Positions 12,994 to 25,689 of a stretch of DNA of 45,950 nucleotides are shown piece after piece. Numbering within the stretch: position 1 is the first letter of the stretch; each line of letters starts with the position of its first letter. The notes beneath the pieces were generated by a model. The model saw only the letters and a list, made by a program, of their open reading frames with translations. It did not search any database and was not told where the DNA came from. The stretch spans positions 13,720,970-13,766,919 of the forward strand of contig NC_069001.1 of the NCBI RefSeq assembly GCF_001194135.2. Reading direction: 5' to 3'. Made by a program: the position numbers and the translations under genes. Source of the DNA: Octopus bimaculoides (taxonomy: Eukaryota).

Positions 12994-13425
12994 GAAATCC
13001 TGAGAAGAGAATAATGGTTGGATGGAAGGTGTTTATCTTCAGAGATGTGCTCCAAGCAAAAACTGGACAAGAACTTACGTGCCAGTCTCTTCTATAACAC
13101 TACCTACCTCCACTCTTATTCTATTACAAAGAAGGAAGAACACAAAGGGCTATGACAGAAAGGGCCATGGAAAGACCCCATGCTAGGAACATCATTGTTA
13201 GAGCATATGTGAAAATTAGGTAATTCGAGAATGGTGCAGGATGAATGACATGATTGCAAAATACCAAAAACTCAAGGTCCACTGGACTTGACAGGTCACA
13301 AGGTTCACAGCAAATGGTGGACTTATGCGGTTGCTGACTGGTATTCCAAAACAAAAAAAGGCCACTCTGAAGACCTCCATGCTGATGAGAAGATGATTTA
13401 TCAAATGATTTGGGCCAAGATGGAA
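12994..13425 (+). mobile_element. Decayed RTE-clade LINE, 3' part of the reverse transcriptase ORF
   Basis: Frameshifted translation gives RIMVGWKVFIFRDVLQAK / LDKNLRASLFYNT / TERAMER / MLGTSLLEHM / VIREWCRMNDMIAKYQKLKVHW / WTYAVADWYSKTKK / RPP, matching the RTE C-terminal motif series (RAMER-MLG-IR-K-W-W-W-RP). Many stops are present. Confidence 0.85.
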
Positions 13426-13430
13426 AAGAA

Positions 13431-13683
13431 GGGTGTATGGCGTAGTGGTTAGGGTGTCGGACTCATGATCGTAAGGTTGTGGTTTGGATTCCTGGACTGG
13501 GCGGCAGTTGTGTTCTTGAGCAAAACACTTCATTTCATGTTGCTCCAGTCCACTCAGCTGGCAAAAATGAGTAATCCTGTGACAGACTGGAGTCCTGTCC
13601 AGGTGGGGAATATACACGCCATGGAAACCAGAAAAGTGGCCCTTATGAGACGGTATGACTCGAGAAGTAAACTCTAACTTAAC
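13431..13683 (+). mobile_element. tRNA-headed CORE-like SINE with a different tail from the other family D copies
   Basis: TGGCGTAGTGGTTAGG head, TTGTGTTCTTGAGCAAAACACTTCATTTCATGTTGCTCCAGTCCACTCAGCTGG core, tail GACAGACTGGAGTCCTGTCCAGG...CTAACTTAAC. Confidence 0.8.
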
Positions 13684-13774
13684 ATTGGGACCAGCAATAT
13701 ATAACATTTGAGAGTCTGGTCAACGCAACAATTACTTCAATGTATCCTGCCCTAATGCAATCAGCTATCTTACC

Positions 13775-14100
13775 GTTGAAGATTGGTCTGCCAGAGCCCT
13801 ATGCCAGTGTCATGTTAAAAGCACCTGTGCTGGCACCACTTGTGCCAGCCCCATGTATTGACATCCATGCTAGTGCCATGCAAAAGGGCCTGTACTGGCA
13901 CCACATAAAATGGCCCATGCTGGTGCATCACAAAAAGCGCCCAACACTCACTGTAAAGTGGTTGGTGTTAGGAAGGGCATCCAGCCATAGAGACCAGGCC
14001 AAATCAGACTGGAACCTGGTACAGCTCTCTTGCTTGCCAGCTCTGGTCAAACTGCCTGACTCATGCCAGCATGGAAAACAAATGCCAAATGATGATGATA
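13775..14100 (+). mobile_element. SINE family B copy (inverted twin of 17387-17703)
   Basis: GGTTGGTGTTAGGAAGGGCATCCAGC...GCATGGAAAACAAATGCC followed by a (GAT)n tail. Confidence 0.9.
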
Positions 14101-15504
14101 ATGAAAACTGCAAAACACAGTGAAGAGGAGGGCTAATAACACTGAAACATGTTCGTACTTGTCTCCCCTACTTACTAAAATGATTATACCCATCCTTAGC
14201 ACTAGTATTTCTAATTAGATTTTTTTTAATGCTTACAGCGTTAACACTAACTTCTCCCTTTCTTTTTATCAAATTCCTACGTCATATGATCATTTTCTGT
14301 GAAGCCACCTTTATTACAAATCATAAAGCATTCTCTCTCTCTCTCTCTCTCTCTCTGTTTGTATCTATCTATCTATCTATCTCTATCTAGCTCTGTGTAC
14401 ACAAGTAGATATGTGTGTGCCTGTATGTGTACTTTACAGTTCTTTTCCTTCACACACAAGTGTTTATCTTCCATTTCATATAGGTGTATGATGTTACAAA
14501 GTTCATTTTCTTAATTACAGCTGTTAATGGCTCCCATCTGATTAAGCTAGGAAAAAGACAAAAAAAAAATTTGTAGGCCTCTTCTCTTTCTATAACTATA
14601 CACACAAATATATATATATATATATATATAATAAAACTGAAAACTGTCCTATATAAGTTCAACTAGTGCCTTGCTAAATGAGAAAGAGGAAAAAAAGACC
14701 AACTTTGTTCTTTAGTGAATTAACCTTGATGTCAGCCATTACATGCAATGCATGCTGGGAGTATAGCAGTTAACATTCTGCTCCAAATATATTCCATCTT
14801 TTCTTTAATTTTTCTCTTATTTTTTATGTTTTCGTCTTTTCTTCTCCACCTATATATCATATCTCCTTCATTCGTGTGATCCCAAATAGCTTTAATAATT
14901 CGTTTTCTGCATTATCAAAATTGCTGAGTGAGAGTAAAAAGTTACACAGACTGAAAGCAGGCAAAAGAAAATTTGGGGGGTGGAATGCTGTTTTTAANNN
15001 NNNNNNNNNNNNNNNNNNNNNNNNNNNNNNNNNNNNNNNNNNNNNNNNNNNNNNNNNNNNNNNNNNNNNNNNNNNNNNNNNNNNNNNNNNNNNNNNNTAT
15101 ATATATATATATATACACACACACAAACATACATGCATGTATGTTTGTGTAATTAAGACACCTTTCTTCTGTCACAATCCTTTGAACAAAAGGAATCTGC
15201 CTCCTGCCTATCACGACCTGACTACACTTCAATACAAGCTGTTATCATTTTCAATGTTCCTTGCTCATTATTTCTCTTTCTTTTACCTATTCTGTATGTA
15301 TGTATGTATATGTGTGTACGTACTTCTGCACATTTAACCGCTGTGTCTATCTAAATGTGTGTGTTTGTGTGTGTGTGTGTGTGTGTGTTTCCATCTCAGT
15401 CTAATTTTAGCTAAGTTATTTAACCTAACACTGTATCTTATTTACTATAGGCCCATCTCTCCTTTTACACCCTTTTTAATAATCCATCTTTGCAGCTTTC
15501 TCTG

Positions 15505-15995
15505 TCTATATATCTCTATGTCTCTCTATGGCTTTGTCTATATATTTCTGTATGTCTCTACCTTTATATATCTCTATGTCTCTCTATGGCTTTGTCTATA
15601 TATTTCTGTATGTCTCTACCTTTATATATCTCTATGTTTCTCTATGGCTTTGTCTATATATTTCTGTATGTCTCTACCTTTATATATCNNNNNNNNNNNN
15701 NNNNNNNNNNNNNNNNNNNNNNNNNNNNNNNNNNNNNNNNNNNNNNNNNNNNNNNNNNNNNNNNNNNNNNNNNNNNNNNNNNNNNNNNNNNNNNNNNNNN
15801 NNNNNNNNNNNNNNNNNTATCTCTATGTCTCTCTATGGCTTTGTCTATATATTTCTGTATGTCTCTACCTTTATATATCTCTATGTCTCTCTATGGCTTT
15901 GTCTATATATTTCTGTATGTCTCTACCTTTATATATCTCTATGTCTCTCTATGGCTTTGTCTATATATTTCTGTATGTCTCTACCTTTATATATC
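15505..15995. repeat. 58-bp minisatellite, interrupted by gap 15689-15817
   Basis: Unit TCTCTATGTCTCTCTATGGCTTTGTCTATATATTTCTGTATGTCTCTACCTTTATATA starts at 15513, 15571 and 15629, then decays into a CT-rich tract to about 16500. Confidence 0.95.
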
Positions 15996-16957
15996 TCTGT
16001 CTCTCTTTATGGCTATCTATCTCTCTTTGTCCTTGTTTGTTATATCTCTGCTCTCCATCCCTCTACATTTCTCTCTGTCTTTATCTCTCTTTATGACTGT
16101 CTTTATGTCTCTCTCTCTCTTTATTTTTCTATCTGTCTGTCTCTCTGTTTCTCTTCTCTGCGTGTCTTAGTCTCATTCTCTCTCCTTATGTCTCTCTATA
16201 GCTGTCTGTTTTTAATCTCGGTTTCTATCTCTGTCTCTCTCTGACTCTCTATACCTCTTTGTGTCTCTGCCTCTCTATGTCTTTCTATGACTCTGCTTTC
16301 ATCTCACCCTATTTCTCTCTTTATATCTCTGTATCTCTCTCTATATCTCTTTCTGTCTCTCTACTTCATTATGTCTCTGTCTTTATTTCTCTCTATGGCT
16401 CTGTCTTTATACATCTCTCTCTCTCTCTCTCTCTGCCTTCTCCGTTTTTATGTCTCTGACCTTATATCTCACTATGCCTCTCTCTGTCTCAGTCTCTCTC
16501 TAATCTTTCTTATATATTCATCCTACCCCCTCCACTTCCCCTCCTCTTCAACTGTTTCCAGTTTGCTCTGTTTTGAAGTTGTTTCTCCACAAATGCTACA
16601 AGTGAACCTTACAGTTGGCTTGTTTCTCTTTCTTCTTACCCCTACATGTACAAAAAGTTTTCATGCTTGCATGTGTCAGACTGAATTTTTTTGAGGAAGA
16701 TTTTCTCTGGCTGGATGCCTTTCCTGTCACCAACTCTCACCTGTTTCCAAACAAATTAATATTTCCTCCTGATCAGGCATATTTTTCATGGAAGATTGGA
16801 AATGAATGACATTGCTTATATGATGGTGATGTGCCCTAACAACCATCATGTGACGGCAGGACAAACGTACACACACACAAACCCACTCACCCCACCCCAT
16901 GCACATGTGTGGACACACACACACAAACACACATAAACACCCATATGCACATACTCA

Positions 16958-17115
16958 ATGGGCTTCTTTCCGTTTCCAACTACCAAATTCACACTCAAGA
17001 CTTTGGCCATCCCAGAGCTATAGTGGAAGACTCTTGCCCTAGGTGCCATGCAGTGGGATGGAACCCAAGACCACGAAGTTGGGAAGGAAGCTTCTTAACC
17101 ATAAAGCCATGCCTG
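16958..17115 (-). mobile_element. SINE family A head module
   Basis: Reverse homologue of 18318-18480. Confidence 0.85.
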
Positions 17116-17386
17116 ACTTTGTATCTAACTGTGATCAACAATGCTTTTTAGAATCCTTCCAGGGTCAACAAAAAAGTATTGGTCCATGGCATCGGATTGG
17201 TGGAGCTGTTAAAAAGTCCGGCAAGAATCCTTGCTGTATCTGTTTGGGCCTTTGGCACTCTGATAACAACCTCCATGAAAGCGTGAGTGTCATGGAAGGA
17301 GAGGAGACTTGAGATCATCTTTTATCTTTTACTTGTTTCAGCCATTTGGGCTGTGGCCATACTGAGACACTACCTTGAAGATTTAG

Positions 17387-17703
17387 CATTTAGCATTTGT
17401 TTTCCATGCTGGCATGAGTCAGGCAGTTTGACCAGAGCTGGCAAGCAAGAGAACTGTACCAGGTTCCAGTCTGATTCGGCCTGGTCTCTATGGCTGGATG
17501 CCCTTCCTAACACCAACCACTTTACAGTGAGTGTTGGGCGCTTTTTGTGATGCACCAGCATGGGCCATTTTATGTGGTGCCAGTACAGGCCCTTTTGCAT
17601 GGCACTAGCATGGATGTCAATACATGGGGCTGGCACAAGTGGTGCCAGCACAGGTGCTTTTAACATGACACTGGCATAGGGCTCTGGCAGACCAATCTTC
17701 AAC
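17387..17703 (-). mobile_element. SINE family B copy (inverted twin of 13775-14091)
   Basis: Reverse complement matches 13775-14091 with 3 mismatches by eye. Confidence 0.9.
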
Positions 17704-18317
17704 AAGGCAAGTGGCATTAACACTTCTGCTGTGGAGGACAGGGTCTTCTTGGGTGCAGCAAGGTGCCTGCCGATATCAGATGCAATAAATTGTCATCCAA
17801 GCATGTAGTTGGCTGTGAGTAGGCACCATTGAAAAGGTCCCAAAAGGCCAAAACACATCTGCTGCTGGAATAGATTTTCATCTATCTATTTTTTAACAAC
17901 AGCAAATCTGAAAGAGATACTATATCAGAACAAACACTTCTCTAATTGGCCTATTGATAGTATATGCATACATTAAGTATGATACATAGATAGCTGTTTT
18001 AATTAAATAATGCTTCAATTGCATCTACTGCATTTTTAATGCCAGTATATATATATATAAGGACAAACACAGGTAGACATAGGAAAATGAAACTGTTTTA
18101 AGCATTGGTTCTTCAAATAGGTACCATAGCAAGGTGTAGATGCACAACAAAGGTTAATTTAGGTAGGGATAACATTCAAACTGGCCATGTATGGATCCAA
18201 ATATTCTACTTATTTCATTTTTAAACTGGCCAGATCTATATATAGATACCTTGTAATTATTCCCCTGGATCTTTCCTATAAATTGTATTCTTATATATAT
18301 ATATACATACATACATA

Positions 18318-18482
18318 GGCGCAGGAGTGGCTGTGTGGTAAGTAGCTTGCTTACCAATCACATGGTTCCGGGTTCATTCCCACTGCATGGCACCTTGGGT
18401 AAGTGTCTTCTACTATAGCCTCGGGTCAACCAAAGCCTTGTGAGTGGATTTGGTAGACGGAAACTGAAAGAAGCCTGTCGTA

Positions 18483-18525
<43 letters not shown>

Positions 18526-18740
18526 ATATGTTTGTGTATCTGTGTATGTCCTCCCAACATCGCTTGACAACTGATGGTGGTGTGTTTAGGTCCCCGTAAC
18601 TTAGCGGTTCAGCAAAAGAGACCGATAGAATAAGTACTAGGCTTACAAAGAATAAGTCCTGGGGTCTATTTTATCAACTAAAGGCGGTGCTCCAGCATGG
18701 CCGCAGTCAAATGACTGAAACAAGTAAAAGAGTAAAAGAG
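18318..18740 (+). mobile_element. SINE family A, full-length reference copy
   Basis: A box TGGCTGTGTGG, B-box-like GGGTTCATTCCC, CCTTGGGTAAGTGTCTTC, internal (TA)n(TG)n, and tail ending GACTGAAACAAGTAAAAGAGTAAAAGAG. Confidence 0.9.
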
Positions 18741-19711
18741 TATACATCAATATATTATACACACACACTCACTATATCAAACTGAATAAACGGCAGGATA
18801 GGCAAGGCTGGAACACTATTGATGAAAAGCTCTGCTGTGGAGCAGGGCTACCCATTTGAGGTTAAGCCATAACCAAAACAAGAAAATTTACATTTTTTTT
18901 GCATGAGTAAATGAAGAGAGCAGAGGTCATGCTAAAATGTCACACCAAAAGTAGAACAGATAGAAAGAATAAAAGAAAAAAAAAATGAAAAAAAAAAGAA
19001 ATGACAGAGCAGAGATGTATATGGAGTCTGTTCCTGAACAGCAGTGTCTGGGTGAGAACCAATACACACACACATACACACAGGGAGGGGTGGGGGGATA
19101 GAGTGGGAAGATGAGAGGGGGAGGCACTCTTCAGAGCAGTTGGTTACCAATTCCTTTCATATCACAGAAAGGCTTTGGAGTGGGAGAAGAAGAGGGAGGG
19201 GTAGGGAGAAAATGATGCAGAGGAAACACTACTGAAATTTCCAAATGACCTTTCATAAATTTGATGGTGATGGTAGTAGTAGTAGTAGTACATTTTACTA
19301 GTAGTAGTTGTACCATTGGTGGTGGTGGTGGTGGTGGTTTGTGTCAGTAGTATAGGAATAGTAACGTTAGTGATGGTGATGGTGGTGGTGGTGGTTTGGG
19401 GATTAATATTTTCAACATCTGAGATTACGATTCTTCTCAAAAATGTGTGTAAGCTCTTAAAACGAATTCTTTGGTGAAACAAGTGGAAACTGACAAGTTA
19501 CAGGATGGAACAACGGTGACAAAAAACACCACTCCATTTTATTATTATCATTATTCTTAATATTCTTGACAAAATGGCATAATCTTTAGTACAATGGAGA
19601 CAAAATGCTTAGCAACAATTCGTTTGTTTTAACATTCTGAGTTCAAAATCTACCATTATCAATGACTGTCTTTCATCCTTTCAGGATCGATAAAAGAAGT
19701 AACAGATAAGC

Positions 19712-20066
19712 TTTCCATGCTAGCATAAGCTGGACGATTTGACTGAGGACTGGCGAGCCAGATGGCTGCACCAGGCTCCAATCTGATCTGGCAGGGTTTC
19801 TACAGCTGGATGTCCTTCCTAATGCCAAACCACTCCGAGAGTGTAGTGGGTGCTTTTACATGCCACCAGCACAAGGGCCAGTCAGGCGGTACTGGCAAAG
19901 GCCATGCTCAAATGGTTTTTTTTTTTACATGCCACCTGCACAGGAGTCAGTCCAGCGGCACTGGCAATGACCTCGCTCGAAAGTTTTGTTCACGTGCCAC
20001 GGACACAAGTGCCAGTAAGGCGGCGCTGGTAACGATCACACTCTAATGGTGCTTTTTACGTGCCAC
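19712..20066 (-). mobile_element. SINE family B copy
   Basis: CTTTCCATGCTAGCAT...CTGGATGTCCTTCCTAATGCCAAACCACTCCGAGAGTGTAGTGGG. Confidence 0.85.
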
Positions 20067-20442
20067 TGGCTTCTTTCAGTTTCCATCTACCAAATCTACT
20101 CACAAGGCTTTGGTTGGCCCAAGGCTATAGTAGAAGACACTTGCCCTAGGTGTCGCACAGCGGGACTGAAACCAGAACCATGTGGTTGGGAAGCAAGCTT
20201 CTTAGCACACAACAACCCCTATCTAAGTGTGTGTGTGTGTGTATCTGTTTGCTCCACACCACTGCTTGACAACCTGTGCTGGTTTGTTTACGTCCCTGTA
20301 ACTTAGCAGTTTGGCAAAAGAAACCAAGTACCAGTCTTTAAAAAAAAAAATTAATCCCAGGGTTGATTCGTTTGACTAAAAGTACTTCAAGGCAGTACCC
20401 CAGCATGGCCACAGTCTAATGACTGAAACAAGTAAAAGATAG
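20066..20442. mobile_element. SINE family A head (-, to about 20215) abutting a family A tail (+, about 20230-20442)
   Basis: Homology to 18318-18740, with the two modules in opposite orientations. Confidence 0.8.
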
Positions 20443-20944
20443 ATAGATACATAAATACATATACACACACACACATCAATTAATTATTGCTTATAACTAA
20501 TTAATTATATATTCTCTATTGCAGCCTTTTTAAACATTCTGAACATGGATCACAGTCCCACATGCCTCCATTCAGGTGAGGAAGTGCAAACATAAAATAA
20601 TGATAGTCAAGAATGACATGTCCACTGATCATAATAGATCTTGCTCAATCAGGGCAAGCCTAGGGTTAAACAACAACAACAATGAAACAACATATAGAGA
20701 AAAACAAATAAATGAAAAACCAATCAGGTCAAAGTGACCTGCAAAAAAAAAACAGAACTATCAGCACACGGTTATCCAGAAATATACTGCCGCTACTTTG
20801 GACTTTAATAAATCAATCACAAAATCACCTGGTTGGTTTGTTGGTCGGTTGGTCTGTAAGTTGGTTATTGATAGAAATCAATAATAGAGTATCTAATTGA
20901 ATAGACAATATTGCAATAGAAAATAGGGCAATATGTATCTACAT

Positions 20945-21140
20945 ATACTCTTTTACTTGTTTCAGTCATTTGACTGTGGCCATGCTGGAGCACCGCTTTT
21001 AGCCGAGCAAATCGACTCCAGGACTTATTCTTTGTAAGCCTAGTACTTATTCTATCGGTCTCTTTTGGCCGAACCGCTAAGTTACAGGGACGTAAACACA
21101 CCAGCATCGTTTGTCAAGCGATGTTGGGGGGACAAATACA
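20945..21140 (-). mobile_element. SINE family A tail module
   Basis: CTCTTTTACTTGTTTCAGTCATTTGACTGTGGCCATGCTGGAGCACCGC... Confidence 0.9.
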
Positions 21141-21771
21141 GACATACACACACACATATATATATATAAAGAGAAATATCTATCTATCTATATATATATT
21201 GGACGCCATAACAAACGATTCTCATCTGCTATGATCTGTGTGTTAGCTTTTAATGCACCAAGCACCTATATGAGATGATCTCACCAAGGTAATAGGCAGT
21301 ATTTGGTGTTCTAATGAGACATCTATGTTACACTGGGTAAAACAGAATTTTTCACACACAGAAAATCGTAATTTCCATACTTTTAAAAGTGGGGCCTTTC
21401 CCTTCCCATGCATACTCTAATATACACCATTCCACTGTTAAAAGACTAAAGTGTGAGATGAGAGAAATTTAGCAGTTGTTTCTAGCAACCCAAGAAACTC
21501 CACAGAGGCCAGCTTGGGAAAGCATGCAAAGTTTTGTTTTTGTTATTTTTATTTTTGTTGTTGGCCTTTTTTTTTTAAATTATAGGCTTGTGTGGCAGAA
21601 GGGGCTGTGTCCTAGATGGAGCAATATATAGTGTTTCTGGATCCAAAATACCTTTTTTTATTTTTATTTGTATCTGCTCTTGACAAGCACAACGAAAAAT
21701 TACATCAGATGGTAATCACACTCACACACACTGGAATTCTTGGTAAATATAATTCTGAGGTTGTGGAATTC

Positions 21772-21812
<41 letters not shown>

Positions 21813-22689
21813 CGGAATTTCATTGGCCGTTCGTAACTCAAAAGANNNNNNNNNNNNNNNNNNNNNNNNNNNNNNNNNNNNNNNNNNNNNNNNNNNNNNN
21901 NNNNNNNNNNNNNNNNNNNNNNNNNNNNNNNNNNNNNNNNNNNNNNNNNNNNNNNNNNNNNNNNNNNNNNNNNNNNNNNNNNNNNNNNNNNNNNNNNNNN
22001 NNNNNNNNNNNNNNNNNNNNNNNNNNNNNNNNNNNNNNNNNNNNNNNNNNNNNNNNNNNNNNNNNNNNNNNNNNNNNNNNNNNNNNNNNNNNNNNNNNNN
22101 NNNNNNNNNNNNNNNNNNNNNNNNNNNNNNNNNNNNNNNNNNNNNNNNNNNNNNNNNNNNNNNNNNNNNNNNNNNNNNNNNNNNNNNNNNNNNNNNNNNN
22201 NNNNNNNNNNNNNNNNNNNNNNNNNNNNNNNNNNNNNNNNNNNNNNNNNNNNNNNNNNNNNNNNNNNNNNNNNNNNNNNNNNNNNNNNNNNNNNNNNNNN
22301 NNNNNNNNNNNNNNNNNNNNNNNNNNNNNNNNNNNNNNNNNNNNNNNNNNNNNNNNNNNNNNNNNNNNNNNNNNNNNNNNNNNNNNNNNNNNNNNNNNNN
22401 NNNNNNNNNNNNNNNNNNNNNNNNNNNNNNNNNNNNNNNNNNNNNNNNNNNNNNNNNNNNNNNNNNNNNNNNNNNNNNNNNNNNNNNNNNNNNNNNNNNN
22501 NNNNNNNNNNNNNNNNNNNNNNNNNNNNNNNNNNNNNNNNNNNNNNNNNNNNNNNNNNNNNNNNNNNNNNNNNNNNNNNNNNNNNNNNNNNNNNNNNNNN
22601 NNNNNNNNNNNNNNNNNNNNNNNNNNNNNNNNNNNNNNNNNNNNNNNNNNNNNNNNTGTGTGTGTGTGTGTGTGCGTGTGTGTGTGTTT

Positions 22690-23180
22690 GTGTGTCTGTG
22701 TTTGTCCTCCTAGTATTGCTTGGCAACCGATGCTGGTGTGTTTATGTCCCCGTCACTTAGCGGTTCAGCAAAAAGAGACTGATAGAATAAGTACTAGGCT
22801 TAAAAAAGAATAAGTCCCAGGGTCGATTTGCTCGACTAAAGGCCGTGCTCCAGCATGGCCGCAGTAAAACGACTGAAACAAGTAAAAGAGTAATACTTCA
22901 GTTTAATGTTAAATTGTTCTTATTTTAACTCGACATAAACATAAATATACAGGCGTGGCTGTGTGGTAAGAAACTTGCTTCCCAACCACATGGTTCTGAG
23001 TTCAGTCCCACTGCGTAGCACCTTGGGCAAGTGTCTTCTACCATAGCTTCGGGCCGACCAAAGCCTTGTGAGTGGATTTGGTAGACGGAAACTGAAAGAA
23101 GCCCGTCGACTAACATTCTTCAAGGTGGTTCCCCATCATGGTCGCAATCTAATGACTGAAACAAGTAAAGGGTAAAAAGT
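22690..23180 (+). mobile_element. Family A tail (22690-22892) plus an internally deleted family A copy (22950-23180)
   Basis: In the second copy the head joins the tail directly at GCCCGTCG|ACTAA (23101-23113). Confidence 0.85.
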
Positions 23181-23334
23181 GTGTGTGTGTGTGTGTGTGT
23201 GTTTACTTAGGGCATCTGTACGCAGGTACGAGCTATGCAAGGAGCAAGCGTTATTGATGGATCTGTGACAGCTAGTACCTTACAATTTAGTCCTTCAAAT
23301 TTCACGTTAGCGATCATCATCATCGTATTTCACT

Positions 23335-23665
23335 ATTGTTGTTGTTGGCACTCCGTCGCTTACGACGTTGAGGGTTCCTGCTCGTGAAATTAACGTGCAA
23401 GTGGGTGAGCACTCCACAGACACGTGTACCCTTAATATTCAGCGTGACACAGTGTGACAAGGCTGACCCTTTGAATTACAGGCACAACAGAAACAGGAAG
23501 AAAGAGTGAGAGAAAGTTGTGGTTGAAAGAGTACAGCAGGGTTCGCCACCATCCCCTGCCGGAGCCTCGTGGAGCTTTAGGTGTTTTCGCTCAATAAACA
23601 CTCACAACGCCCGGTCTGGGAATCGAAACCGCGATCCTATGACCACTGGGCCATTGCACCTCCAC
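23335..23665 (-). mobile_element. SINE family C copy
   Basis: Reverse homologue of 26432-26790. Confidence 0.9.
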
Positions 23666-24364
23666 ATATATCACTATATATATATTTATATATGCATGTG
23701 CGCGTGCACACACACACACATGTATAGCGTGCACCGCATCTTATAGAGAGATTGGGAGTTTGGTAAGTGCTACGGACGAAACTCCCGGCTTTTGAATCAC
23801 TTATGAACCATTAAAGTGTTGGGGTGGGAGTATACGCTGAAGTTTACACACATTTTATTAAATGTATAAATATCTCAAGACGCAGTACTGGGACTCCCAT
23901 AGAGAATCCACTAATTTAATCTAACAGGCCTCTCTCTCTCTCTCTCTTTCTAACCCTTATAGCAACCAATATGGGAGGTCCGTCTGTCAGTTTGCTCGCT
24001 CCTGAAGCAAGCCAAGTTTATAATAACAACATAAGTATTTGGAACAAGATCTGAGATAGCTCAACTTTTAACAAATCGGTCCAAATGGGAAAGGGGAAAT
24101 TGTTTAAAAAAAAAAAAAAAAAAAAAAAANNNNNNNNNNAAGACCTGGCCTAAGAATCACTGCGAGTTAATAAACGATAATTCTTTTTTATGTTTTCTGC
24201 CATTATTTCTTAAATATTTCATCAACGGGAGAAAGGGGTTGGTTCCCAGCACCGAAAACAAGGATTTTCGCATTGGAAATTCGACATCAACGAAATTTCA
24301 AAACATAAACAATGAATAGAAGAAAATAATGATTTAAAAAAAAAAAAAAAAAAAAAAACATATT

Positions 24365-24480
24365 TAGCGCCAAACTGATCACGTGATCAGTATAAACAAG
24401 TAATAGTGTGAGGAGAGAAGATTGTCGAGTGCGTGTGTGTGTGCGCGTGCGATTGCATAGGAGATATCTCCCGCCATAAA
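24365..24480. promoter_or_regulatory. Candidate regulatory cluster: E2F site, palindromic E-box, forkhead site
   Basis: GCGCCAAA 24367-24374 (TTTGGCGC on minus), ACTGATCACGTGATCAGT 24374-24391, ATAAACAA 24392-24399, GGAGATATCTCC 24460-24471. The surroundings are CpG-retaining. Confidence 0.4.
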
Positions 24481-24776
24481 TTTTTCTCCGTTCGCTATAT
24501 TGGATCAGTGGATGTGTATCTGTGTGTAAATAAACATATATATCCCATTCTACTCACAGCAACGATTATATCGTGTGTACATGTCCATGCATGCACAATA
24601 CTGGAACAGTACATTATATGTGCGTGTGTATGCTAAGTGCCAATACTCGAAACTCCCGGCCCTTGAGTCACTCTACAACATTTGCGGATAAATAACAAAA
24701 ATGTAGATACTCCTATGTTGAGTTCCATTTTCCTGTTTGTACCAACAAACCTCTCTCTATATATGTGAGTGCGCAC

Positions 24777-24815
<39 letters not shown>

Positions 24816-24825
24816 NNNNNNNNNN

Positions 24826-25048
24826 GTTCCAACACTGTCTGTTTTTTATGTTTTATTTATATTCCTGCAGAACCAATGTGGGGTATAGAATATGGAATAT
24901 ACAATATATAATATAATATACAATATACAATATAAAATAAAATAAAATAAAAATGGATGGCACCATGAAAGAAAGTATTGAATGTAGATGAAATATTGAG
25001 TGTTCAATATAAAGGATCAAATATATAAATATAAATATATAAAGGCGA
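24826..25048 (-). repeat. Inverted copy of 28230-28484
   Basis: GTTCCAACACTGTCTG...AAATATATAAAGGCGA is the reverse complement of TCGCCTTTATATATTT...CAGACAGTGTTGGAAC. Confidence 0.9.
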
Positions 25049-25689
25049 CTCGAGTTATATATATATATATATATATATATAAAACGCTCAGCTCTCAGCA
25101 GTACAATTTTATATATATATAAACGCATGCTGAGAGCAGAGTAAAGTGTACTGGTGAGCTTACACACACCAACACCAACAACAGCCACAAACAAGAAAAC
25201 GACAACAATAAGGCGATGAAAGACGGCTTTTTTTTTTGGTTTCTTTTTCTTTTTTCTTTTTTTTTTTTCTTTTTTGCATTACAAAATGATTCATTCTTCC
25301 CTTGACCCATTTTAACAGACGGAGGAGGAAAATGAAGACGAAAAAGATACGAGAAAGATGATAGTCGAGTTGAAAACAAATACATACCGTTTATTATTAT
25401 TACTATTATTATTATTTTCCCCTACAACACTACCGAGTGACTTGAACAAATAATCGAATATAAGGAGAGAAAAAAAATTTTTAAAGGGGAGGTTGGTAAC
25501 AGTTATTTAGCCATAACTACAGTTTGAGGCCCCGTCACAGACCTGTTCTTCAAAGTGCGTATCTTTTAATGAAATTTTGCAGAGATACGTTTTCGATGAT
25601 TTAGTAGATTTACAGTTACAATATACTAATTTACTCTTCTTTTTTCATGCTTCAGTCACTACATTGTGACTATGCTGGGAAACCATTAT

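Noticed and set aside
13740-14123. 127-aa ORF duplicated as 17370-17723
   Set aside because: Both lie within family B SINE copies; the shared peptide only reflects the DNA duplication.
14128-14155. GTGAAGAG...GAAACATGTT, a possible decayed hammerhead
   Set aside because: C3 is missing, helix II is poor and there is no helix I pairing.
14857-14960. Strong acceptor (TTTCTTTTGCCTGCTTTCAG) and the peptide NFDNAENELLKLFGITRMKEI on minus
   Set aside because: No recognisable homology or partner exon, and it cannot be distinguished from chance without RNA data.
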